This document shows, piece after piece, positions 33,476 through 51,963 of a stretch of DNA of 64,000 bases. Position 1 is the stretch's first letter. Each line of letters begins with the position of its first letter. Under the pieces are notes generated by a model. That model did no database searches. It had not been told where the DNA came from and saw only the letters and a program-made list of their open reading frames with translations. Both the position numbers and the translations under genes were made by a program. This stretch comes from the human T2T-CHM13v2.0 reference genome, Homo sapiens. The DNA lies in the NCBI RefSeq assembly GCF_009914755.1, contig NC_060947.1; one strand, 5' to 3'.

Positions 33476-36400
33476 TAAATTGGATGTCACCTTTCTCTGG
33501 TGCCTCATTGATTAGCTTAATAATCAACTTTCTTAAATTGTTTTCAGGCAATTCAGGGATTTCTTGGTTTGTATCCATTGCTGGTGAGCTAGTGTAATGT
33601 TTTTGGGGGTGTTAAACAACCTTGTTTTGTTATATTTCCAGATTTTTTTTTTAATTTCTTCTCATTTGGTTAAGTCTATGTCTGAGGGAAGATCTGGGAC
33701 TCAAGGCTGCTGTTCAGATTTTTTTTGTCTCATGTGGTATTCCTTTTATGTAGTACTCTCCTCTTTTTCCTGGGGATGTGGCTTCCTGAGAGCTGAACTG
33801 TAGTGATCGTTATTTCTCTTCTGGGTCTAGCTACCCAGCAGAGCTACCAGGCTCCAGGTTGGTACTGGGGGTTGTCTTCCCAGAGTCCTGTGATGTATAC
33901 TATCTTTACTATCTTCAGGTCTCTCATCCAGGGATACCAGCACCTGCTGCTGTGGGGATGGCAGGAGAGTTAAATGGACTCTGTGAGGGTCTTTAATTGT
34001 GGTTGTTTGATGCACTGGTTTTGTGCTGGTTGGCCTCCTGCCACGAGGTGACACTTTAAAGAGATATGGAGGATCAGGTGGTAGGTGGGGCCCTAGTGCT
34101 CCCAAGAGAATATGCCCTTTGTCTTCAGCTACCAAGGTGGGTAGGGAAGGACCATCTAGTGGGGCAGGGTTAGGTGTGTCTGAGGTGAGACTCTCCTTGG
34201 GTGGAGCTTGCTGTGGCTGCTATGGCAGATGGGGGTGTGATTCCCAGTCAATGAGTTATTTTCCCAGGAGGATTATGGCTGCCTCTGCTTTGTCATGCAG
34301 GTTATCAAGGAAGTTGGGGAAGCTGGCAGTTAGAGGCCTCACCCAGCTCCCACGCAACCAAAAAGGCTAGTCTCACTCCCACCATGCCCCAATAGCACTG
34401 AGTTTGTTTCCAGGCAGTGGGGCGTGCTGGGCTGAGAACTTGCTCCAGGCTACTACTAGCCTTCAGGCTGAGAAAAAAGCAGGGCTCCCTGCCTTTGAGT
34501 CTGCACACGAGTTTCACGTCATCCCCCAAGTTCTGGCCAGGAGACTTTGGGTTCAGTTGGAACTGTTACAAAGTTCAGCTGGAGGTTTCCTTCTACTGTG
34601 ATCTTTTCCCAGTTCCTCTGGCTACTGTGATCTTTTCCCAGTTCCTCTGGCAGCCCTCCTCAAGGAACACTGTGAGACAAGTCAGACATAGCTTCCCTGG
34701 GGACCCAGAGAGCCCACAGGGCTTTTCCTGCTTCTCCTCTACCCCTGTATTTCACTCGGCTCTATAAATTTACTCAGCTCAAGGCAAGGTGAAATCCTTC
34801 TCCCGTGATCTAGACCTTCAGGTTACTCTGTAAGGGTATGTGTTCAGGGGTACATGATCCCCCTTTCTCACTTTCACAGTTTGGGCACTCACAGTATTTG
34901 AGCTGTCTCCTGGGTCTTGCAGGAGCAATTCACTTCCTTCTCATATTTCATTCTTTTTCATCCTCTGGTAGTGTGTTTTGACATATCACGTCTTTGAGCT
35001 TACTAATTCTTTCTTCTGTTTGATCAACTCTGTTATTGACACACATGCATTTTTCATTCTGTCAATTGAATTTTTCAGCTCTAAGATATCTGTTTGATGT
35101 TTTAAAATGATTTCAGCTTCTATGGTAAAATCTCTGATGGAATTCTGAATACCTTCTATGTGTTATCTTGCAGTTCATTGAGCTTCCACAAAATAGCTAT
35201 TTTGAATTCTGCCTCTGAGAGGTTCTATATCTCTGGCACTTCAGGATTGGTTTCTAGTGTCTTATTTAGTTCATTTAGTGATATCATGTCTCCTGGATGT
35301 TCTTAATGCTTGTGGATATTCTTCAGTATCTGGGCATTGAAGAGTTATGTATTTATTTCAGTCTTTGCAGTCTGGCCTTGTTCATACTGAATCTTCTGGA
35401 AATGGTTTTCCAAGAATTCAGAGGATACAGTATTAAGTGACCTAAGCCTGTGGTGACTGTAGCGATTTCAGCACTAGGTGGCAGCCTGAGCCCTGGTATG
35501 CTGCAACTCTTGCATTCTCCTAGATACACAGCCTTTGTGGACTTGGAAAAGATAAGAGAGAATTCCCTGGTTTTCCAAGCAAAGTCTCTTGCTCTGTTAC
35601 CTCTCTTTCTGCTAATCAGATGGAATCTCTCTGTGCTGGGCTGCCTGGAGTTGGGGGAGAGGTGACACAGGCACTCCTATGGCCACTGCACCTGTCACCG
35701 TGCTGGGTTGCACTTGAAGCCCAGGGCTTTCCAGACCGACACTAGTACTGGACCTCACCAAAGGCCCACAGCTGCCACTGTTTGGCTACTGCTAATGTTT
35801 ATTCAGTGTCCAAATACATTTTAGTCTGTAGATGGCGAATCCAGCCAGAACTTGTTCTATCCCACCAGGGCAGCAGATTGCCTTCTTCGTCAGGGTGGGT
35901 TTAATAATGATGTACAGGAACAAAATTCTGGAATTGGAAGCTTCAGTATTTGATCTGGTGCTTTATTTTACTGTGGCTGAGCTGATACCCAGTTGCAAGA
36001 CCAAGTCCCTTGTACTTTTATTTCTCCTTTGCCCAAGTGGAAAGAGTCTTTCTCTGAGCTGCACTATGTGGAATTGGGAGAGGGATCACACAGGTCCTCC
36101 ACACCAACTGCAGCTGGTGTCCTGCTGAATCTCAATTCCATTCCACAGCATCTGAGACCAGCAGAATGCACCCAATGACTGTAGTCATGATGGCCTGGTT
36201 ACCACTCAAATTTTCGAGGCCCTGAGCTACTTTAGTCAGGCAATGGCAAATTGGGCCAGGACCTGGGTTTCTCCTACTGGAGTATCAGATTCCCTTCTGG
36301 TCCAGGGCTGGTCTAAATGCTCCCTCCATGGGCACCAGTAGAAGTCTGCCTGGTGTTGCATTCCACTGTGACAAGGTGGCACTGGGTTCCCATGCAATCT

Positions 36401-36679
36401 CCACACTGACTGCACTCTTTCTCTCCCAACACACAGATTCTTCTGGCTGCCCTGTTTTAGATTGGGAGAGGGGTCATGTAGACAATGTGAGACTGTCCTT
36501 TCTATCCTCTTGAATGCATTTTTTCTTATATTTATGTTAAAACCAAGTACTGTGATCAATCACCTGACGTTTTGGTTCTTACAAAGGTATTTTTTGCATG
36601 AATACTTGTTTATTTTGGTGTTCCGCAGGGGGTAGGAGGATAATTGCTGGAGGATTCTACTAAGCCAATTTGCTCAGTT

Positions 36680-42760
<6,081 letters not shown>

Positions 42761-43926
42761 CTTAATATGAATTTCTTAACCGATGTATGGTCAAATTAAC
42801 AAATGGAAAACAAAACAAATGCTGTGGAATTCTGATGATTTCCTGGTAAATATTAGGTATAATAACTATCTGAGCCTGAAACTTGTAGGCAATAGGGGCT
42901 CAAAGGACGGTAATGGCAAGATGTGATTGTCAATTTAAGGCTAAATAAGGCCAGAAGAAAACAGAATCTGAACAATATACCTGACTTTAAAATCTTTAGG
43001 ATTTGGAGAAGGCACAAGGTTGGATCAGTAAAAACAGTTGGGAAAAATAGTCCCTCAGTGATCAGTGTTTTAGGGACATACTGTGGGTACTGCATAGTTT
43101 CTAGATGTCATGGTATGAGGAGATAAACTTTGTAAGACAACATTAAAGTCCTTCCTGTAGGTGCCCAATGGGCCTATTATAAAATTCTTTCTGCATCACC
43201 TTAATTCCCAAAAAAGGTACATAGATTAGGACTCCAGATTCCAGGTGGAGACAGTGACCCTCAACAAAATGCATTCATAAAGCTGTTTTAGTAGAGAAGA
43301 TCTCTGTGGGTTTATAAGTACAATACGAACTTTGATGTGAGGGACATTTAATGTGCTAGTATAGCCCTGGTAGTCACCATTATGGGATGAGACCATTTAA
43401 AATTGTGAATATGAAATGATAAGTGTAAAGGAGGCTGGTCCAATTCCCTGTAAAAGGCTTTCATAAATGGACCCCAAACAGAATATGCCACAGGAAATGA
43501 TTCAAATGCACGAACAATTTGAAATAATTTAGAAATAAACAAGTTTGAAAGAGGTACATTGATATACCCTAGTCAAAGAAATATGAGCAAATATGCATTT
43601 TGCAGTGGCATTTCTGGGAATGTATTAAATAAACACACATTTTGTAAAAATAATAACAACTCTTAGGTTGACTTTCAAAATAATAAGCTGAAATTGTTGT
43701 GGACATTATAGATTACCTCACTAGTTTCCATTTTAATCATTTTTTTGTTTTATAGTACTCATACCATTTTGGTGGAATTAACACCATTCCCAAATTCAGG
43801 TTGGACCTTCGTTATCATAAGCATAATAGCCATACGGATCTACTCTGTGTATGTGATTGATTCTGAAATGTGTAGATAAAATGGAAATAAAATAATTGGG
43901 CATAGCATTTTCTTTGGCCATACTAT

Positions 43927-44598
43927 GAGGATGTGGAGAAATAGGAACACTTTTTCACTGTTGGTGGGACTCTAAACTAGTTCAACCATTGTGGAAGTCA
44001 GTGTGGCGATTCCTCATGGATCTAGAACTGGAAATACCATTTGATCCAGCCATCCCATTACTGGGTATATACCCAAAGGACTATAAATCATGCTGCTATA
44101 AAGACACACGCACATGTATGTTTACTGCGGCATTATTCACGATAGCAAAGACTTGGAACCAACCCAAATGTCCAACAATGATAGACTGGATCAAGAAAAT
44201 GTGGCACATATACACCATGGAATACTATGCAGCCATAAAAAAGGATGAGTTCATGTCCTTTGTAGGTACATGGATGAAATTGGAAATCATCATTCTCAGT
44301 AAACTATCGCAAGAACAAAAAACCAAACACCGCATATTCTCACTCATAGATGGGAATTGAACAATGAGATCACATGGACACAGGAAGGGGAATATCACAC
44401 TCTGGGGACTGTTGTGGGGTTGGGGGAGGGTGGAGGGATAGCATTGGGAGATATACCTAATGCTAGATGATGAGTTAGTGGGTGCAGCGCACCAGCATGG
44501 CACATGTATACATATGTAACTAACCTGCAGAATGTGCACATGTACCCTAAAACTTAAAAGTATAGTAATAATAAATATATAAATAAAAAAAGAAAAAA
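43927..44598 (+). mobile_element. L1PA2-like 3' end (~670 bp) with poly(A)
   Basis: ORF2 C-terminus (43989..44360). Young diagnostics gagatcacatggacacaggaaggggaatatcac and GAG at the L1HS ACA/ACG site. Tail is followed by aagaaattcatattaag. Confidence 0.92.
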
Positions 44599-44641
44599 AA
44601 GAAATTCATATTAAGTTCTTCAAGCTGAGCATGTATAATGG

Positions 44642-45443
44642 TAATATGGGAGGGGCACAGAGAAGGGCTGGGTAGAAAAATGTGGGGTCCCTGGCAAGAA
44701 CTCCACCTTTGGGCCTGTGCCTGCAGACCTAAGTGAGGACAGACACTCCTGTTTTCACACCCAAATGTTGCTTTTTCCAAGACCACCTTGGCCTGCCATG
44801 CCCCCCATCCTGTGCCTATAAAAAATCCCAAGACTCTGGCAGACACAAATGGCTGGATGTTGAGAGGAACACAAAAGTGGAAGAACACACAGGTGGCTGG
44901 TTGTTGAGAGGAGCAGAGTAATGGAAGAGCACACCAACAGGCATCAGCAACCACCGACAGGCCATCAGCAATGGGATGATGTGGAATTCAGCTGGGGGTG
45001 GTCGGAGGAGAGTACAGCCTCTGAGCGGCCTGACCCCAGAGAAACACCACCTTCCCACTCCATCCCCCCTCTGGCTTTCCATCCTTCTGCTGAGAGCTAC
45101 CTTCAATCAATAAAACCATACACTCCTTCTCCAAGCCCATGTGGGATCCGATTTTTCTGGTACACTAAGACAAGAACCTGGGATACAGAAATCCTTCTGT
45201 CCTTGTGATAAGGCAGACAGTCTAATTGAGCTGATAAACACAAGCCACCTGCAGACAGAAAAACTGAAAGAGTCCACTGTAATACACACCCACCCTAGAT
45301 GCTGCCATGGGATTGGCGATCCCCATGACCTGCCCATAGGCATGCTCCCCCTAAGGGTATACCGAGCACTAGGGCACCAAAGAAGTAAGACTCACCCCCA
45401 TTGAATGCCCTGAAATGAGATTAAGGGAGCTTTCCCTGTTTCA
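44642..45443 (+). mobile_element. Solo ERV1 LTR, LTR1 family
   Basis: Core gacctaagtgaggacag...cccatcctgtgcctataaaaa (TATA-like), AATAAA at ~45109, ends ...gtttca; 4-bp TSD atgg. Homologous to 51142-51963. Confidence 0.8.
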
Positions 45444-47260
45444 ATGGTATTATGTGAAGCTGTGGTACAAATTCAATCTGGAAGAAAGCACAAGAATATT
45501 CTACACCTATGGTTTTGGTCACTGGGCTAGCATTTCACTTATAAAGCACATATTACTGTTAGGAGACATAGTTACGGTGATCTTGAAGAAAGGGGAGAGG
45601 TCGCCCCAACCATCCTTATCATCACCCTATCATATCATATTGAGTTCACTATCTTTGGTTTGTTGCACTGGGAAATAAGAGCAGGTCCTCACCGTGCTTG
45701 ATACTTGGTAGAATTGCCTAGATAAAAACTGACTTGATCTTCAATTACTGGGCTGTATGTGGTAATTTTGCAGCCAATTCAGAAGCCCTATTTGTGGAAT
45801 GTGTAGACAGTCGTTACACTTCGGTGGAGCTTCATCATATGTTTATAGTTCACCATGAAGCTTATATGACCGACTACCCAAGATAGTATCCAAGTAGTTT
45901 TTATTTACACACAGTGTAGGCGCTATATAGATCTCTGATGCCACAGCTTTATGTTGGGATGGGTGCCCTAATGTCTGGAAGTCACAGGGCCACAAAGATG
46001 GGAGCATTCTGGAGCTGTGCTTTGCAAACGTCTCTAGTTTTAACTATGAAGAAAAGGTTAGATTTCTCTGACCACACTTATTTAACTGTAACACATAAAC
46101 AAAACGGCCCCATTTTCCTAGCTGTATATATCACCTCTTCTCCCACCCTAACTCACATGGGACCATCCCAGTGTGTCTTGAAAAATTGATTATGACCTTC
46201 GCAATGAATCTTGAACAGTTGTCCCTCCAGGCCAGCACCTGTCCCTTTACCAGATCTTACCCCCTTCCAAACAGTAATTTTATTTTAATCTTGCACAATC
46301 TGTTGTAATTATTTGCTAAGCTCTAATGATACCTGGCATTCACAGTTGTAACTACTGAGAATGCCAGTCTCAGTGTATTAAACCCCTTTTCCCCCTCAGT
46401 TAACCACTTCTTAACTTATATTGTGAGAACAATTACTTTTGATTTTTTTTTGTCTTTTCAGCAGAGAAAGGTGTTAGCCCAGTAAGAATCCAAGCATCAT
46501 TCTTATGCATTTAAATGATTCCTTCTGCCAGTGTTAAGGATGTGAAGTGGTGAGCTTTGTACAAATGCATTTCAATTCTTGGGATACTTCAGAGATGGGC
46601 TCAGTAAGGGATTTGAGATCCATTTATTCTCTAGCAGAAAAAAAATATATACTAGGTATTGTATAGTGGTAGGAGCATCTACCTACTTGGGCAAGCTTTG
46701 GCCCAGTGACACCAACTTTTCAGAAAAACAAACTGAGAAGTATTTGCAGCAGACCAGAGTGGGCCTCCTGTCATTAGAGTCATAAACATCAAGGATGTTC
46801 TGGGCAGACCTTTTCAAGATCTTTATGTGATGTTTTAGAAGGTCATTTTATTTGGCCTGATAATTATAAAGCAAATTGTTCAAAATGAATTAAACTATGA
46901 ATTGACAGAAATATAATTATAATGAGTTTAAATGATTACTTTTAGTAATTTCTTTTTTTAATATTTGCAAATGCTTAAAAATATAGACTAGATTTTAACA
47001 TCTTATGATCAGATTTATTTACTTGCTTTTTTTAATTTTTAGTAATTTCTTACTTTCTGACACTTACAAGATGCTCCAGTCTCATCTTGTATATTCTATG
47101 CCCTAGTTCTGGAATCATCAGTTTTTCCAAGGATCCCTGGTTTCTTTTATTATATAATTGTGTTAGAAACAAAATTTGGCCACTAGTGTGCTCATCACTA
47201 CTGGAGCATCATTTGTTCTAGGTCCTCTCTGCTGATAGAGCAAGGATATATATGTGTGTT

Positions 47261-47294
<34 letters not shown>

Positions 47295-47777
47295 ATTTCT
47301 TTATGCAACCATCTGTACTTATTTAAAGCTAAATATGACTTTATATTGATATCTTCAAATCAAATAATCACATGCATTATTCTAACCTTCTCCTTTGGCT
47401 TAAAAGAGAAGGCTAGAATAATATAGCTTGTAACCTCCAATTCAAACAGTGAGAAACCTGGCTCCTAACACCTGCCCATCCATTTATTAATTGTTCAATT
47501 TCAATATACATGTATAGTGATTTTGCAAACCTGAAACTATGAGGAGACAACTTCATCAACTGCAGTACAGTGCTTATGTATATTTCCATTTGCCTTTAGT
47601 CTTGCAGGCTCCACTCATCTTCAAAGGTAATTAGGTCAGTAATAACTTCTCTACCCCCTTATGTGTATTATTACGTGCATTTTATAATATTTTAAATTTG
47701 TAAATACTAAAGTGTAATCTTTCTACTTGATAAAACTCTATGGGTTTTGACAAAAGCATAGTGTCATATATCCATCC

Positions 47778-48182
47778 ATATTAGTCTTCTTGATCTGCCA
47801 TAACAAAATACCATAGACTGAGTAGCTTAAATAACAGAAACTTATTTTCTCAGATCTCTGGAGGCTAAAAGTCCAAAATAAAGATGCCATCAGGGTTGGT
47901 TTCTGGTAGGGCTTCTTCCTGACCTGTAGATGGCCACCTTCTCACTGTGTCTTCACATGGCTTTGCTTCTGTGCATCTGTGGAGAAAGAGGGAGAAAAGG
48001 AGAGCTCTGTTGTCTCTTCTGCTTTTTATGAAGACGTCAGTACTATCGGATTAGGGACTTATCCTTATGATCTAATTTAAATTTAATTACATCCTTAAAG
48101 GCCCTATCTCCAAATACAGTCATATCGGGAGATAGGGTTTCAACATACGATTTTTGAGGAGAAGCACAGTTTAGTTCATATT
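47778..48182 (-). mobile_element. MLT1A-type MaLR LTR
   Basis: tattagtc...ctgccataacaaaataccatagactg...tttcaacatacga...; strand assumed from recalled consensus. Confidence 0.7.
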
Positions 48183-48307
48183 GCTGTCATCACGTGTGTG
48201 TGTGTGTGGTTTCATCACCCTAAAAATTGCCCTATGATTCACCTATATAACAATCCTTCCTCTCTTTTCAAGCTTCCTTCCAAAACGACTGCTCCGTTTA
48301 CTCACTA

Positions 48308-48370
48308 TGGGAGTAAATTTTATGTATCAACTTCCTAGGCTATAATTTCCAGTTGTTTGGTCAAACACCA

Positions 48371-48428
<58 letters not shown>

Positions 48429-48722
48429 TTGTGATGGTGTTTTTAAGATGTGACTAAAATATAAATCAGTAGATTTTGAGTAAAGCAGATTACTCTCAAT
48501 AATGTAGGTGGGCCTAATCCAATCAAAAGTTGTAGGAGAAAAGATTGAGGTTCCCAGAAGAGGAAGGGATTTTACCTATTGACTGTTTTCAACACTTAAG
48601 ACTGCAACATTGACTTCTGTGGGAATTTTTATCCAGCTGACCTGTCCTGCAAATTTCAGACTTACCAGTCTAACAATAGTGTGAGTTAATTCCTTAACAT
48701 TAGCATCTCTCTCTCTCTCCTT
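48308..48722 (+). mobile_element. MLT2 (ERVL LTR) fragment containing a (TA)n microsatellite at ~48373-48426
   Basis: ttttatgtatcaactt...ttggtcaaacaccag...gagtaaagcagattac...gggcctaatccaatca; followed by (CA)n at ~48727-48765. Confidence 0.7.
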
Positions 48723-48726
48723 CTAA

Positions 48727-48766
<40 letters not shown>

Positions 48767-48800
48767 CCTTTTCCAGAATGTCATATGAATAGATTCATGA

Positions 48801-49042
<242 letters not shown>

Positions 49043-49516
49043 GCAAATACTTTATATATGTGGAGTCACAGAGTATTTGTTGTTGTTGTTGTTGTTGTTA
49101 CTGGCTTTTTTGCTTGCATAGCATCCTCAAAGTTTATTCATGTTGTAACATGTGACAAACTTTCTTTCTTTAAAGGGCTGAATAATATTCTATTGTATGA
49201 CTATACCAATTTTGTCTATTCATTCATCTGTTGATTGACATTTGAGTTGCTTCTACCTGTTGGTTATAGTGAATAGTGCTGCTATGACTATTTTAATTTT
49301 TTTATTTTGGTAACTATAGGGGTACAAGTGGTTTTTGGTTACATGAATTACTTGTATAGAGGTGAAGTGTGGGATTTTAGTGCACCTGTCACCCGAGTAC
49401 TGTACATTGTACCCAATAAGTAGTTTTTAATTCCTTGACCCCCTTCTACACTCTGCCTTCTGAGTCTTTAATATCCAATATACCACTCTGTATGTTTTTG
49501 CAAACCTGTGGTGTAG

Positions 49517-49860
<344 letters not shown>

Positions 49861-51141
49861 TGTATTTATTTTTTGATCACTGAGTTACTTTACTTAGAAT
49901 AATGGCCTCCAGTTCCATCCAAGTTGTGGCAAAATATATTATTCTTTTTTTATGGTTGAGTAGTATTCCATGGTATGTATATACCACATGTTATTTATCC
50001 AATAATTGGTTAGTGGGCCCTTAGGTTGATTCCATATCTTTGCAATTGTGAATTGTGCTGTGATAAACATACACATACAGGTGTCTTTTTGATATAGTGA
50101 TTTCTTTTCCTTTGGGTAGATACTCAGTAGTGGGATTGCTGGATCAAATGTTAGATCGACTTTTCATTCTTCGAGCAATTTCCATGTGATTTTCCTTAGA
50201 GGTTGTACTAATTTACATTCCCACTAGCAGTATACAAATATTCCCTTTTTACCACATCCATGCCAACATCTATTGTTTTTTGACTTTTTAATAATGGCTA
50301 TTATGGCTTGGTTAAGGTGGTATCTCATTTTCATTTTAATTTTCATTTCCCTGATGATTAGTGATGATGAACATTTTTTCATATGTTTCTTGGCCATTTG
50401 TATATTTTCTTTTGAGAAATGTCTAGTCATGTCATTTGCCCCCTTTTTAATAGAATTACTTGGTTTTTTTATTGCTGATTTGTTCGAGTTCCTTGTAGAT
50501 TCTGGATATTAGTCTTCTGTCAGATGAATAATTTGCAAATAATTTCTCCTGTTTTTTAGGTTATCTGTTTACTGTGCTGATTATTTCTTTTGCTGAGCAG
50601 AAGATTTTTAGTTTAATTAAACCCCATTTATTTATTTTTGGTTTTGTTGCATTTGCTTTTGAGGTCTTAGTCATAATATTTGCCTAGACTGATGTGCAGA
50701 GTTTTCCAAGGATTTCTTGTATAATTTTTATGGTTTCAGGTTTTAGATCTAAATTTTTTAAATCCATTTTGAGTTGATTTCTGTACAAGGTAAGCAATCC
50801 AGTGTTATTCTTCTGCATGTAACTATCCAATTTTCCTAGCACATTTATAGAATAGTGTGTCTTTTCCCCAGTTTAGGTTTTTGTATGCTTTGTTGACCAT
50901 CACTTGATTGTAAGTATTTGGCTTTATTTATGGGTTCTCTATTCTATTTCATTGGTCTATTAGACTAGTTTTATAGCAGTACCATGCTGTTTTGGTTGCT
51001 ATAGCCTTGTAGTACAATTTGAAGTCAGGTAATGTGATACCTATAGCTTCGTTCTTTTTGCTTAGGATTTCCTTGGCTTTTTGGGTTGTTTTTTGGTTTC
51101 GAATAAATTTTAAAATTATTTTTTCTAATTCTGTGAGAAAT

Positions 51142-51963
51142 TGAGATGGGAAGAGTTCCCTTGTCCCCCTCACAGGGTGTGAGACGTGGGGAGTGGCTCG
51201 TTTCTTCAGTGCTCTGCTGCTCAGATCTCTAGGGGAGCATACAGATGGGCAGGTTGTGGGGCTCCAACCTCATGACAGTGTCTAGGTATGGATGTTTACA
51301 GCTCCTGAAGCCCCAGTGGGCGTGTGCTATCGTGTGCTCTTTTAGCTTTGCCGTCTATAGGTGGCTTGTGTTAACGAACTCAATTAGACCCACTACCTTA
51401 TCACAAGGGCAAAGGACTTTCTGTAACCCGGGGTTCTTGCCTTGGTGTACTAGAAGAATTGAATCACACGTGGGCTTGGAGAATTAATACAAGGTTTTAT
51501 TGAGTGGAAATAGCTCTCAGCAGATGGGGAAGTGAGAAAGGAGATGGTTTTCTCCTAGAGTCAGGCCAGTCAGTGGCCTGGGCTCTCCTCCAACTGCCTG
51601 GGCCAAACTCTGCCTCATTCCACTGGTTGATGGCCTGCCAGCCTGCTGGTGTGCTCCTACACTGCTGCATTCCTCTCGACGTCCAGCCACCTATGTGCTA
51701 TGTGTTCCTCCTCTAATGTGTTCCTCTCGACGTCCAGCCACCTGTGTGTCTGACTGCTAAGGTCTCTGTGTTTTTATAGGCACAGGATGGGGGCTTGACA
51801 GGCGAGGGTAGTCTTGGGAAATGCTACATTTGAGCAGGAAAACAAAAATGCCTGTCCTCATCTAAGTCTATGGGGGTGGAACCCTATCCAGGGACCATGC
51901 CCTTCCCCACTTCCGTATCACTTAAAGGGACCACACCCTTCTCTACCCTGAATTTCTGTATCA
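51142..51963 (-). mobile_element. Solo ERV1 LTR, LTR1 family, inserted in L1PB ORF2
   Basis: TG...CA termini, aaat/aagt 4-bp TSD, host L1 resumes in register (ctgtgagaaat|gatgtt). Reverse complement resembles 44642-45443. Confidence 0.82.

Noticed and set aside
34593-34650. 29-bp direct tandem duplication (and a similar small one at ~39605-39645)
   Set aside because: Ordinary slippage inside decayed L1 sequence; only two units, not an array or CRISPR-like structure.
42778-46860. Non-repeat-looking stretches (42778-43926, 45444-46860) as a possible pseudogene or ancient retroelement interior
   Set aside because: I could not recognise any protein motif in the short ORFs; a translated search would be needed.
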